The notes under the pieces are model-generated. The model did not search any database. It had not been told where the DNA came from and saw only the letters and a list, made by a program, of their open reading frames with translations. The position numbers were made by a program, and so were the translations under genes. This document shows, in pieces, positions 49,477 through 63,967 of a DNA stretch of 64,000 nt. The stretch is from Azolla caroliniana (lineage: Eukaryota; Plantae; Polypodiophyta). The stretch is taken from the NCBI GenBank assembly GCA_043228905.1, contig JBHGNT010000005.1, positions 17,422,001-17,486,000 of the forward strand, in the 5' to 3' direction. Within the stretch, counting starts at the first letter, position 1, and each line of letters begins with the position of its first letter.

Positions 49477-52400
49477 CATTCCAAAATAAAATACATTATT
49501 CTTGAAATTTCAAGGAAAGGATTGTTATTATAATTGATGCGGATTTAGTCTCAATGACTTGCAATGGAGATGCATCATTTTCGTGCCTTAGTTTCACCAA
49601 TCGGTCTTCACTAGTCAAAAACACTAGTCACCGTTTTATCTCGCATATCAACGTTTTGTAGAAAACACTAGTCGAAGAAATGAGAAAATGCCTTGAATCC
49701 GTTTTCTTCAATCTCATAGGAAAAGGAGGGGGGGAGAGGGTAGAGAATATTTTCTCGACGCTCCCATCTCACATTATTTGAAGAGAAGTGATGAGTGTTG
49801 GGAATCTTCTGATTTTACATGAAAAAGAGGGGAGGGCATAGAATTATAGGTTTGCAAGGTTGCAATTAATGAGGGAAGACAACATGAAAAACTACATGAT
49901 TTAAAGGGCAATTTATTTTTTACTTCTAGTTTTCTCTAGTAAAAAACCCAAAATTCTAAGATCTAGTCAAGTTAGAACTCGATACTATTAACTAAGTATG
50001 TCAACTTTTAAATTCCATACACAGATACATACATACATGTAGTATGTTTAAGAGGTGGGATTCATGGACACTTGAAATATAATGGAAACCCATCAAATTT
50101 GGTTGTTATAGAAAATGGTTGGACATGATTTTAGTTAGCAACGAGAGTGTGGTACCCTTGGTTAATTTGTGAGCCTTGTAGAAAAATCTTTTCCATGGGT
50201 TCAAATGGCTTTTATGATGTTGGAAACCAACAAAAGATTTTCATGTGATTGTCACACATCATCATCATCTTGACATTTTGAAAGATGTGATACTCCAATG
50301 TCAAATGTTTTGACAAGAAGGTGAAGGAATACTCGTCAAAATCTTGATTTATATCGCTTCCCTCCATACTTATATAATAAGCTATCTAAAATCTATCCAT
50401 ATATATTGAAGGCATGATTAATGTGGACATCAAACTCGAGAGATACTCTCGTTGGGTGTCTTTTAAATAGAAGAAGGCCTATTGATGCATGTGGAACTTA
50501 TATCACACTAGATAGAATTATGATGGCAATGGGTTCATTTAAACAAGATAATCTTGGGGAGTTCTTAGAAGCATATAGCAATGAGATGCAATTGAAAGGC
50601 ATTTCTTAGAACTTGACTTGGTGCACTTTGTCTAACCTTCATCTAATAACACATCACTGTTTACTAAGATTAGTGTTAAGTGCAATGATCTTTGCATAAG
50701 GTTATTGTTAATTGTGTTACTCTAAGTCATGAATTAATCCTCTTGTATTGCCACAACCAAATCTTGATTAATTGAAGCATTGTCATTCATTTAATGAGTT
50801 TACTATTTTGGTTACCAATAGTTTTTATCTAGGGGGCATACATGAAGCTATGCAGTTTCACTATATAAGAGACGTTAGGGTCATTCAATTAAAAACATTT
50901 GCATAAATATGAAAATCTAATGACTAAGAAGAAATGCCAATTTTACTATCAATGCACATTATATTCAATGTGAATGCCACGTTTAATAAATTCTAATGAC
51001 TCCTGACAATAGTTGGTAAGTATTACTAGGATTGTGTAAGTATGGAACATATGATGAAACCTCTAATATATTGGGCAATATCAATTAAGCCCTTCACAAT
51101 TGCTCAATACCAAAAACTACTAGAAGATCAATTTCTTAGAACCGTAGAATCCTAATAGAAGTAAAACAAAAGAGAGTAAATGCTTAGTGTACATTGCTAT
51201 TATAAGTGGTCAAAATTAATGAGAGATTAATTATTTATACAATCAATCCTAGTTAGGTCTTAACAATGTTATGATTTTTTTTTGGAAAAAAAAAACAATG
51301 TTGTTAAAATTGTTGCACATGCATAGACAACCATTAGATTCTATTTGCAAGTGGTAATGAGGCTCATCATGAAGAGAAGAGATCCTGAATCCCGATCATT
51401 CGAGAATTCACACAATGATTAAATATCACACACAATTGAAGTTGAGAATTTAAATAAAAGAAAGAGCCCTAGATTTTATATTAATAATTTCCCCTACTTA
51501 CCTAGCGACCTTTTATACATTTGCCAAACCATTGCTCTTGTATTTTCTCTCTCTTGTCAGTACTTTTTTCGTCTCTCTCATTGCTTTTTTGGTAATTGCG
51601 TTCTGATATTATGAGAAATACCCCATACTTAGTTTAACTTGGGCTAGTTTTGATCTTACCATGGATATAATGTAATAATATCCCATAGTCAAAATATACT
51701 TATGATACTTATCCACGTGTGTAGTAGAGCCTTGGCAACGTGGTCAGGTTACAAAAGGCTCATTGGTCATGGTTATGACTGATAATAAAGCACCCGTCTA
51801 TGCTTACCTTGCATATTAATCACGTTATATGATTCAATTGGGTTATCATTGGTCATTTTTTGTCTTCACAATTGTATCGCGATGTTACAAATCTAGAATC
51901 CCACCTAATCTACAATTTTATTGGAGTAGAGGCTTGAACCTATCGTATAATGTGTTTTCCTAGAAATTCGCACACAAGCATGAAAAATGAAAGAACCAGA
52001 ATTTCAATTGCCATATTGCTCCAAGTTGTCCTTTCAAATTTGTTTTTCTCTAAAGCTTTTTCAATTCATAACACCTATTGAAGAACCTATGGATAATATA
52101 TCAATGAAGCACAATTATTGCAATACATGTGCTATGTAAGAACATTTCGTAATGGGCACCTTTATGTGTGTTAACTTTTGGAATATCAACCATGATTGGA
52201 GATCATATTTTGTTATCTTTAATTTGAGGATCTAATTCTTGAGATATCCAATCGAATAAAAGTAGATGCCCCTAATGAAAGTAAAGAAAGTATGCTAGAA
52301 AATGTGACCATTAATCATTCAACAACTCTAGAAATCCAAGAAGTAGGTAGGTATACAAGAATTCTTGTCTTGTCTACTAGATGTTTGTGACACCTTGAGT

Positions 52401-54169
52401 TAGTTTATTTATACAACACAAGTAGAAGTGTGAATTGTATGATATTGAGAATTGTTAAATATTTTTCCCATATTTTTGCATTTAGCTCTGGTACTGTCAT
52501 ATTGATCCACCAATTCACATATTGACCCCAAAGGAAGTGCTTGTGTATATTGATCTTGTTATGATAGATAAAAACAATTGTTAATCAACCACTTCAAGCT
52601 TTGTAGCATATTGGCCCCACAAAAAGTTGTGTATTGAACTTGACATGGTAGATAAAAACCGGTGTAAATCAACAACCTTTGTAGCATAGTCACTAGTTCT
52701 ATACAATAATTAGCTAGATGACCTATGGTGCAAGGTGGAAACCATGAAACCTATGGATTGTCCACATGCAAAGGGAGGTAGGACATCAATTGCAAGGAAA
52801 AAACAATAAAAACCTTCAAGCTGCATTACACATGGTAAAAGAACCCAAAATTGCTAGCAATGTTTGCTCAACATGGCAAATAGGAACTTTCGAGAAGTAA
52901 GGCTCGGTTTATAATAGATGTCCAAATGATGTAATATTGGTTCTATGGGGAGGGTTACGTTAGCTAGAACATGTATTAAGAAAAGGCTGTATTATTGGTT
53001 ATATGAGAATTGCATGTCTTCAAGGTCTGCAAATTGTTATGGTGGTAACTAAATCACAACACGGATGAAGACCATACAACCTCTTATCAAGAAAACGGAC
53101 AATCCATTGACATCAACATAAAATTATGACTTCAAAACCCACATCCAATTACGACTTGAAGTATCAAATCCATCGCAATTTCATCCAACTACATCTACAT
53201 TCATTCATACGCCTAATCATCTGCCTCAATAGTACTCTTTTGTGATTTTAACAAACAAGGCAAATGCATGCTTAACCTTTTTCTCGAATTACACGGGAGG
53301 GAATGCATTTTGGGACTTCCTTCTGCATTTGCTAACTAACTGCCTGCTAAACTTTAGTAACCAGCAGTGTCCTTTGCAATGGTTGTAATTATTCAAAACG
53401 AAAGGGGAACAAAATCAAGCAGGTAAATAAACTCACTCCTAAGCTGTCTATTAAAAGGGAATGCAGCCAAGCAAGTAAATCAACCTGCAGCAGACTGTCT
53501 ATCCAACTATAAACCACATAACACATACTGCAATGCCATAAAATGTAAAATGGTTCCAATGCTATATGCTAAGATTGGAGAATATCGATGTCACAACATA
53601 CATGCATACCATGAGACCCGGCATAAGATCTGCTAAGTAAATTTCTCGTGGCTTCATAGATCTGTCATAAAATTAACGAAATACTTGGATCTGGAGGGAG
53701 ACATTTTCGGAGGAATCGTTTTCTTTATTTATATGGAATTGTAAAACAGAACAAAAGGGCTGTTTTATTGAACGAAAGAATTGCACTTACCATGGGAAAT
53801 GGAACTTTGGCATGGATATCATTCACAATGTGATCAACATCGAAGGAATATATTTAGTTTATAATTTGACACTTCACCTTCCAAATTCACAAAACATCTG
53901 GCTAATAGGAAACCACTTCAATATATTTGTAGTTCAAAAAACTGTTGTAAGCACAATGACAAAAGTTCAGAAGCACAAACCTACAAGACACAGAACTACA
54001 AATGTATCCACCATCAACGTGCTGGTGATTATGTAAACCAGCTCATATCCCAAATATTCCACCAAAAAACCAAGACTGGATCCAATTTCCCAAAGGCCCA
54101 TCTATATTATTCAGATTATGCTTAAAGACTTAATGTGTGCACAAAGACATCATAGGTGAAATATTCCGA

Positions 54170-56524
54170 CTAGAACCCCTGCTCCAAAAGATAATCTCCA
54201 AGCTTCTCTACAATAGTATTACATTCACCAGGCGCGACAGGCTCATCATAGATTCCAAAAACCATAGCCAACTGGGTCTTCTTAATTGTAACCCCCCCAG
54301 GGCCCTGCATATTTTGCAAACAATATTCATCACACAATCCCAAGCACAATACACACATATGATGCACATGGGTGCACACAACCACAGACTAAGTATATAT
54401 TCTTTTATTCATCCTTACTTATCATTGAAGAAACAACTAACATATATAGATCCGTTTTAGAAATATACCTTCTTCCCACGAATGACCACCCCTTGCTCCC
54501 CCTGGATAACCAAGAACTTGGTTCCTCCGAGGAATAAACCCGATTGTGCAAGGTTGCTGGAATCATTGAAGGCATTCACAATATTTGTGATCTCCTGAGC
54601 CTTTAACTGTACAAGTCATAAGAAAGGGCCACAATCAAGCTAATGAACCACTAATCCAACAAATCTTGTCATGACAACCTGGGCATGTAGTTCTACAATG
54701 CATATTAAACTATCTAATAAATCAAAGCTGGAAATCAGCCATGCCAAGATGTTTTAAACATTGATACGTTTTAATGTTGTTATGCATACATAGGTTTGTT
54801 TCAACATATACTTATTTTGTTTATGCGTAAGTTTACGAGCTATACAATGCATAGAGAACGATCTGGCCATTTGTGCCAGCAAGAACATAAAATAATTAGT
54901 ATCGTGTGATATATCTCACAAGTGGTTGCATTTGATGTACAGATTGTAAAGTTGAACTTTGACCTAATCTGGGGTGGTATATTCACTCCTGTTGCAGTTT
55001 TCAATATCAAGGATTAGAGAATATATTTAGGTTGATCTTGTTTCATTATTAATTTTTCCTCATTGCAAAGGTACATGGTTACTGTGTTTTATGCAATATT
55101 GGCATATAAATGAATGTAAAATAGTAGAGTTTTACCAAATTTACCAGTATGTACAGACAAAAGAAATAGCAAACAACTCAATGTAACGCTTTGAAATCTT
55201 CAATTAATACAAAAAATCACAAGTTCACATTAGTTACGGTTCTCTTAAGCCATAAGAATAAAAAAATTAGATTGGTTAAATACACTTCATTCCTATGATC
55301 ATTTCTGAGAGACCTACAAAATTGCCATTAATCATCCGTGAATACGCATTGCCTTTTAGAAGATCCTTGCCGAGATCCAAGTGAATATACATAGCACACA
55401 ACTCATAGAATGTAGAGGCATGGATTCGTAAACTTTAACGAGCTTCTGCGGGTCAACTCATCAGATCAAGATCTAAGTGATTCGGGTAGCAACAGACGAA
55501 ATACAAGGACAGAGGAAGGGAGGATTTAGGTTCCAAATGGAAGTTCAAACACAGCAATAGTAGCTATGGGCACAAAAGAAACCCTACTACGAGAGGAAAC
55601 AAGCAGCAACAGTATACAGATACACATCCAAACAATTATAAGACACAAGCAAAACAATATTTGTAACATAAGATTCAGCACAAACGAGAGCAGAAGAATC
55701 GACCAGACCAGAAGGCATTTATTCCTCCGCCAGGAACCGAGAAATCCATCGCCAAAACTAATATGCCACATCAAAACAGAATGAAGCAGATATGATAATA
55801 AGAAAACAAGAGGAAAAGAATCTTGCGACAAGAAAACAGTAAGTATAAACCTACCAAGCACTGAACAGAGAAGGGGATTCGAGGCATTAAAACCCAATGA
55901 AAGAAAGAGAAATACGGTAGCTTAAGATATACGAAAACAACGTCCTATAGAATATCAAGGAGGAAAACAAGCCGGAGAACCGATCTAATGGCCGTCGAAA
56001 CGTAGAAATACAAAGATGCGACAACAGTGATGTATACAATATAAAGCAGGAAAACTCGCGGAAGGAACGATCTAAAGGCCACTGAACGAACACTCGGCAA
56101 CCAGTAACACTGCAAGAACAGTGCTTGAAACAAGATCAAGCAAGAGATGAGAGCCGAAAGGAGACGAACTATGAGAGCGATTCGATATCCTAATAATAGA
56201 AAGAAGAATTGGAAAAGACTTGAATAACATCGACGCAGAGATCTGTGTGAGGAAAACACAGGCAGACGACAAAGCGAGCGGACTGCAGCGCTTGAGATGT
56301 GCAGAGAAAAGAGGCGCAGGCAGTTGCCGTACAGTACACGAAACCACGCAGAAAAAAGAAGAAGAAGAAGAAGAGAGAATCGATCTGAGAAGAAATACCT
56401 CCGGGAACTTTTCGCTAGAAGCCCAGACGGATCCATCGAGGCCAACAATGGCGGCAGCGGTGAGGGAATGGCCGGAAGGCACAGGGCACAGGAGGTGATC
56501 GTCGACGTATGCTTGCCAAGACAT
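54170..56524 (-). CDS. PRF: Profilin, 132 aa, 3 exons
   Basis: Exons 56399-56524 ([11 protein letters not shown]...[13 protein letters not shown]), 54469-54606 (LKAQE...[23 protein letters not shown]) and 54170-54304 ([10 protein letters not shown]...IYDEP...[13 protein letters not shown]). Canonical plant intron positions; intron 1 is 1792 bp. Confidence 0.97.
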
Positions 56525-56867
56525 GGTAGGTGGGGAGAGGAGAAGCAGAAATTAGGGTTTGGCAGGAGAGGAGAGGAGAGGATGGAGAAGGAGCAGAAAC
56601 AGAAGGTAAGAAAGAAAGAGAGGAAGACTGAGATATGGGATGTGTGTGTGTGTGTGTAATGGGGAGAAGAATGAAGAGATGATATGATGATATATGATTA
56701 AGAAGAAGAAGAAGAGAATTAGATTGACTAATTCTAGAGATGTGTGTATGTGTTGATCTACATACATAAATACATACATACATACATACACTCATACATA
56801 CATACACACATACATACACTCATAAAATTATACATACATACATACATTCTAAGCAACCACTTCCACA

Positions 56868-57029
56868 TAGGGATCGACAACGGCTCGGCTCAAGCCTAAA
56901 CCATTTGGCTTAGCAGCTCGGCTCGGCTTGGTTTAGGCTTGAACTTGCCTTAATGGTTTGAGCTCGGCTTGAGCCTTGCCAAACCGGCTCAAGCCGGTTA
57001 AGCCGTTTAGAAACTTGAGAGAGGGGGGG

Positions 57030-57060
<31 letters not shown>

Positions 57061-57268
57061 GGAGGGAGACAACAGACAAGGGGAAAGAGAGAGAGAGAGA
57101 GAGGGGTTTCCAAACCGGTTCACAAACCAGTTTAGGCTAAATCGTTTGTGAACCGGTTTGGTTCAGTTCGGTTCAAGTTTGAGATCCCCAAAACGATTTA
57201 GGCTTAGCCGGTTTGGCTTGGATCAGGCCAAACCGGCTAAGCCTAAACCAAACCGTTGTCGATCCCTA
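56868..57268. mobile_element. hAT (Ac/Ds-like) MITE upstream of profilin
   Basis: Perfect 16-bp TIR TAGGGATCGACAACGG; perfect 8-bp TSD CTTCCACA; many AAACCG/GGCTCG subterminal motifs. Confidence 0.95.
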
Positions 57269-57459
57269 CTTCCACACACATATTTGTGATTGATAATATC
57301 TCGCTCGCAGGCTCGCATATGCATCCCGCCATACCTCCTTCTATCTGCCTGCCTTTCTTTGTGCTTATGTGTGTTTTTAAAAACACCACAACGATACAAA
57401 CAACCTACCAAGAACCGTTATATATGAATCCGGGATGCTCAAAACGATTCATTTAACGT

Positions 57460-58740
57460 GGATCTTGATGGTGCCACCTCCGAGTCGAGTGTAGAATGTG
57501 TATCGTAGAGAGACGCAGTCCAGACAATCGCATTGGGAGATACCTGCCCCCCAAGTTTTTGGGCGTCATCCTTGACCTAGATTTTTATGGTCGTAGAACT
57601 ATTACTCACTGAAGGAGCACAACTTTTGTGCCATTGCACGGTATAATATTTATATGCTAAAGAATTAATTTAGGAGCAAAAGTAACTAATGTTGCAGGTG
57701 ATGCTATGTACTTTAATGTTGATGATGATGGTAGGTTGTGGCATGTATACTTTGCATCGGATGTGTGGATGTCCACCAATATTTTAGATATTCGAGTAGT
57801 TGCAAGATTGGGAAAAAAATGGTTTTTGGATCCACCCTTTCACGAATGCTTTCTTGTTGTATTGCTCATTGTGGGTTTTTCAAAACAAACCTCTTCATAA
57901 TTTGGAATGGGGATCCGGCTGATTATCAATGGAAAAAGCTGAGTGTTGGTGGAAATGGTGAACATTTGGAGTTTTTCTAATATTCAGTTTAGCTAGGTAG
58001 AAACTTGTTGTTGTAATCAAAGCATAAATGCCTTGTTGCCATGAACCACTAGACTAATAATAATGTGCAAGAATTGCAACTTGCAAAATTTTAGAAATGG
58101 TTGTGGAGCATGCAGTCGCCGAAAAAAGTTATTTGCTTTCGTTGGTTGTTGATTCATATGCTCTTCTTGTTGGTGATTGGTTGAGGCAACATCAATAATA
58201 TGCTTGTGGAATGCATTGTGGTGCACCTACTGAATCTATTTTGCATGTGTTTTGGTTATGTCATAGGATTAAGCAATTTTGGAGTAAGCTGCTTTTATTG
58301 CTGAGACAACATTAATCTCGTTCAATTTTCTCTTGGGGTGCAATATTATGGGGTGTCCTCCATGGGGATGTTATGAGGTATGAAAGTACGCATGCTTCTC
58401 ATGTCTTTCACTTTTCCTATAGACACCTCTCTCTCACCTCATTTCCTTCTTCTATTCAACGGTTTAGAATTAAATATCTAGTTATTTGGCATACTATTAC
58501 GTCGTTGGCTCTTTGATAATATGGAATGCGAGATGTGATTATGTTGTTAACCATGTTCACATACATTTCCGCACTATGCTTATTGAATTCTGGATGTTAT
58601 TTGTCCACACACTACGTGGTCAATATGATGATTTGCCGGGTTTGGCTGATGTTCTATTGCAATGACAAGTGGCCTTTAAGAACTGATGGCAAGGACTTCA
58701 CTTATTCTCGGATACAATTGTAATAAATGTTCTGATCATT
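57460..58740 (+). mobile_element. L1-type LINE ORF2 3' remnant
   Basis: C-x-x-C...TESILHVFWLCHRIKQFW and IWNARC zf-RVT-type motifs, broken by stops. Boundaries approximate. Confidence 0.6.
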
Positions 58741-59375
58741 AATCATTCTACTTCATGGTGAGTGAACATTCAATAGATTGTTGCTCCCTCCTGGAGGAAG
58801 TTCCATAAACACAATATTTGCATGCCAATATTTTATTATTTAACCTACTTGTGCTAAGAGAACCTAGTATATGAATAAGCAAATGTACAAAATATGTCTT
58901 CTTGTGGCTTTGATATTTGAGAGGTTTAGGTTACTCTTATTGGTATAATAATGATATAGAGAATGAGATAACTAGATCTGCATAGGATATAATTTTCTTC
59001 CCCATATGAAGACCATCTCCATACAATACAATATTCTGATCCAAATTAAAATATTGTATCCTTCTATGTATTTCGACATTGATCATGACATATGCTCACA
59101 ACGTGGACAATGTATTTCAACATTTATGCAAGGTGTTGATTTTAATATGCATTAGAAAATTTATATTTCATAGTTTAGTTAATAAACATCCATCCACACT
59201 TTGTTTTAAATATTCTTATATATGGTGTAAAATACATGTGTGTTGGCTTGGCAAATATTCTTGCAAATTGATGGGCATAAACACTTAACACCCAAAGATG
59301 GTCACCCACTTGAACCTCGTCACTTTCCTCCATTATTTTACTCTCCCCCCGAGTTTGGAAAAATCCGTGCATCCT

Positions 59376-62300
59376 TGTGAAATGTTGAATTGGACTATCT
59401 CGGTCTCAAGGTAGGGAAGACGTCGTTGAAGATTGTAAAAAGAATAGCGTGCGGGAGCAATAGAAAACCGAACACAGAAACGTAGGTTTAATGGAGAGCT
59501 TGAATATACACAGTACGCGGGAGAGATAGAGAGAGAGAGAGAGAGAGCACACAAACTCAATTAAAAAATAATACACAGTCTGTACATAGGATGTGCTTAG
59601 TGAGCACTTTTATACAAGTCCATGCGGACTGACAGAAGTACTGACACGTACTTCAATGCTCATAAGTGAGCTCTACACTAACTCCTAAAATATATTCCTA
59701 CACGGAATATCTTTCCAACGGCCTTGCGGTTTACGCACCACTACGGCTTCTCGTTGTGCACCGGTCTCCGCACCGGTTTACGCACCAGTCCGGCCTAACC
59801 GATCGATCCCAACCGATCCGGTTCTCGGCTTGCACAATGATCCGGCCAATGTTGAGCTTGTATCTCAACACTCCCCCTCAAGCTCAACTTGAGGTTCCAT
59901 CTGCTCTTCCGGATCTACGCTCCGGTTCCTTCTGGCTTCACGCCTTGCTCGCGCTCCTCGACCTGTTCGATTCCACGCGCCTCGACCCTTCCGGTCGGCT
60001 TGCGTGCTCGTGCGACCCTCCTCAGCTCCGTTGCTGTTGTGGTGATGACGCTTCTTCTGCTGCCTTCTCTTCCGCTTGGCCCTTAGTTGATTCGGCGTAT
60101 CTGAATCAAAGATCCGAACTGACTCGGCTTCCTCCGATCGGTTGTCTCCAACTCGTCTTTGATCTTCTCGCCCTTGATGGCTTTGTCTCCCCCATGCTTG
60201 GTTGGCTTCGGCTCTTTCTTTCAATTGCTCCCCTGCTTTCAGAATCTTCCGCGGATCCGCCTTCGGCTTCTTCAGCCGATCCGAAATCGAATTCGTTATC
60301 CAACTCGGCGTCGCGGTCTTCCAGAACTTCTCTCCCCCTTCTGTGGTCATTCGGGACGTCTCTCCCCCTCAAGTTTGGCACGTCGAAGTGACACAACCCA
60401 AGTGCACCCGAGAATTGCTGCAACTTGTCCAAACCAAGAGGCTTGGTGAAGATGTCCACGGTCTGCCAATCCGTCGGAACATACTGAAGTTCGACTTCAC
60501 CGGAGAGGACACGCTCACGGACGAAATGGTAGTGCATCTCAATGTGCTTAGTCCGGGCATGGAAGACGGGGTTCTTTGCTAGTTGGATGTTGATGAGGTT
60601 GTCGCAATAGATTGTCGATGGATCAGATACCTCCACCTGTAAATCCTTTAGTAGCCGCTTCAACCATATGGTTTCGCATGTCGTGATAGCCGCTCCTCTA
60701 TACTCGGCTTCAATGCTCGACAGCGCAACTATCGGCTGCTTCTTGCTACTCCACGCGATCGCGGCACTCCCAAGAGAGAACGCGAAACCGGACGTGGATT
60801 GGCGATCGGCGACATTGCCGGCCCAATCGGCATCAGTGTAGCCAACCAACTGCGGGGTTGTATCGGTCTGATATAGTAGCCCCCGGTCCTTAGTGCCGCT
60901 TACGTACCACAGTACGCATTGTGCACACTGAAGGTGCTCTTCGGTAAACCGTGCCATGAACTGACTCATCACCCCGATCGGGTAGCTGAGATCTGGTCGG
61001 GTGATGGTCAAGTATATAAGGCTTCCGACTATCTATCGGAACCTCGTCAGGTCGCATACCTTTCCGGAATCAGGGCGAAGCTTGACGGTTCTATCCAGAG
61101 GAGTTGAGATGGACTTATAGTCGGCCATCCCGAATTTGAAGAGCATACTCAACACGTAATGCCGTTGGCTGATCAGTATGCCTTCGGGGGTGCGGATCAC
61201 TTCGATCCCGAGGAAGTAATGAAGGTCCCCCAAATCCTTCATGTCGAATGATGGCACAAGCTGGAGCTTCACGCGGTCAATCTCACCGAGGTCGGCGCCG
61301 GTGATGACCAAGTCATCAACATAAAGTAAAATGCTCACCGGCTTGAGTCGACCTTTTCGAATGAATAGGGAGGAGTCCGATTTTGACTTCGCAAAGCCCA
61401 TCCAACATAATCGTTGTGTGATCTTCGCGTTCCAAGCACGCGGGCCTTGCTTTAGTCCGTAAAGGGACTTCTTCAACTGGCACACCACCGAGGTGTTCGT
61501 TCTGGAGTAAAATCTGGGAGTTTGTACCATGTACACCTGTTCCTCAAGCTCACCCCTTCGCCGCAGCTACCACAAGCAAAACACGGACGGTTGTTATCTT
61601 CGCGACAGGCGCGAAGGTCTCATCGTAGTCCACGTCGTGCTTCTGCGCGTAGCCTTTCGCTACTAACCGGGCCTTGTATCGGTTGACCGTGCCGTCGGTG
61701 TTGTAGTTGACCTTGTAAACCCACCTACATCCGATCGACTTCACACCTTTCAGTGCGTCAACCAGGTCCCAGGTTTAATATGCGCGCATCTCTTCCTCCA
61801 TTGCGGTACGCTAATTTGCGTCCTTCGCCGCTTCTGCGTAGCTCTCCTGCTCATGCACTTCCGCTACACAGGTCATGTACGCATAGTGACGTGCCAGTAC
61901 TCATTGTATCCGAACCGCACAAGAAGGTTCTTCTGGTGGGTAGATCGGCGTAATTGCTCATTTGTCGATGTTGAGGCTTTCTTGGCCGACGCGGACTTCG
62001 CTCTCAAAGACCCATCATCACTTCCCTCGGAGTCAGACTCACGTCGATCCGACTCCTTCCTATCCGTGCCGTAATCCGACACCTTCTTCTTCCCTTTTTC
62101 CTTGCGCGTAAGCCGTCTCCTTGGCTTCCTGCGCGGTGAATGCACAACTGAGTCTCCACTACTCGCCGACTCTTCTTCGGACTGGTCAAACCGACTCAGT
62201 CATCCATTCGGTCCACTTAACCAAAACGAGATCGGACTCTCTTCAAGGGTCTTGATTTCGCGGTCATGCGGAGGCATTTCAGCTTCACTGACCTCATCGT

Positions 62301-63608
62301 CAGAACTCGGGTCCGGAGATCCGGAGTTGGAGTTGAGGTCCAAAGTCGGAGGCAAGTACCAGGACGCGGACTCGTCAAACACAACATCGCGGCTCACGCG
62401 AGCTTGTTTGGTTCGGGGGTTATAACACTTATAACCCTTCAGTTCGTCCGAATAGCAGACTAATATACACTTCTCAGCTTTCACGTCCAACTGCCTCCGT
62501 TTCTCCTTCGGCACATGCACATACGCAATGCTACCGAAAACTCTCAGGTGTCGTAGGTTCAACTTTCTTCCGAAGCATCACTCATGCGCAGACACTTTGT
62601 CTCTGATTTGATTCTGGATGTAGACCGTGATTCGTACCGCTTCGGCCCAATAGAACTTGGTCAAGCTCTTTTCTTCCAGTATTGCCCACGCCGCTTCCAC
62701 AATCGACCGATTCTTCTTTTCGGTCACGCCGTTCTGTTCCGGCGTATATCTGCAACTGAATTCGAGCCGAATTCCTATCTATTGCAGATACCCGTTGAAT
62801 TGACCGGAAAAGTACTCTTTTCCGCCATCCGACCATAGGCACTTGATCTTTCTTCATGTTTCCCTTTCAACGAAACTCTTGAGGTCCCGGAAACAGTCGA
62901 CGACTTCACTCTTCTTCTCAATGAGGTAGATCCACGTGTGACGCGTATAGTCGTCGATGAAGGATACGAAATATCGACTCCCGCCAAGACTAACATTCTA
63001 TGCCGGCCCCCATACATTGGAATGTATCAAGTCGAGCTTGTTCCGGCTCCGGTTATGCTCGTTAGGGAAAGGAAGTCGGTGTTGCTTCCCTAGTTGGCAG
63101 GCTTCACAAATTTGTGCCTTCCGGCCACTAAATTTGTGTCTGGATCCGGTCCTCTCCGAATCGGCGTGCTTCTTCCAGCACTCGCTCTCCTTGTGGCCTT
63201 TCTTGCCATAGTACCAGCATTCCGCGACGGATTTCCCTTGTCGGTTCTCGTCGCCTCGACTCCCCTTGTTTCCGGAGGGTCCGGAATTGCTGTCGGCATC
63301 ACTTCGGTGCTTTCTTCCTTGATCCCGTCGGCTGTCTCCATTGCACATCTTCATCGAGTTCGCTTCACGTCTCGTCACGAAGGCTGACCCTTTTTCGGCT
63401 TTTTCGGATCCTTCGGCGTAATGCGATCGCTGCCGATTACCCTTGTCGGTTTTTCCGGATCCGGTCCTCTCCGAATTGGTGCACTTCTTCCAACACTCGC
63501 TCTCCTTGTGGCCTTTCTTGCCATAGTACCAACATTCCGCGGTGTATTTCCCTTGTCGGTTCTCGTCGCCTCGACTCCCCCTGTTTCCGAAGGGTCCGGA
63601 ATTGTTGT
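59376..63608 (-). mobile_element. Ty1/Copia lacking its 5' end: duplicated gag knuckle, protease deleted, integrase, RT, RNase H and 3' LTR (59376-59870)
   Basis: [52 protein letters not shown]; PPT GAGGGGGAG before TGTTGAGATACAAGCTCAAC (same LTR family as 40505). Confidence 0.93.
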
Positions 63609-63925
63609 TGTTGAGCGGCAAGCTCAACCGAAGCCGGATCGGCTGAATAAGCCGGAGCCGGTAAGCGAGACGGATCGGTATGACGGTGAGCAACCGAACT
63701 GGCAAGCAGTGGAGGCCGGGTGCAATCCGTAACCGGCAGTCCAATCGGAAGCCTAGAATAGGATAGACTACTAGGTATCTATAGTCTCGTAGTAAGTGTC
63801 AGATGCTCGTGTGAGCATTGAAGTACATGGTACTTCTGTCAGTCCCAAGAGGACTTGTATAAATAGTGTTGCTTAGCACAGTGTGTATATGCAGAGTCTT
63901 GATATAATTTTGGAAATTATGTTCT

Positions 63926-63967
<42 letters not shown>

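Noticed and set aside
55380-55470. Minus-strand CTGATGA in profilin intron 1 as a snoRNA box C or hammerhead
   Set aside because: No box D with terminal stem and no hammerhead GAAA or stems at a suitable distance.
56072-56398. Apparent 150-aa profilin with a novel C-terminus
   Set aside because: Read-through into intron 1; the GT donor at 56398 and exons 2-3 give a normal profilin.
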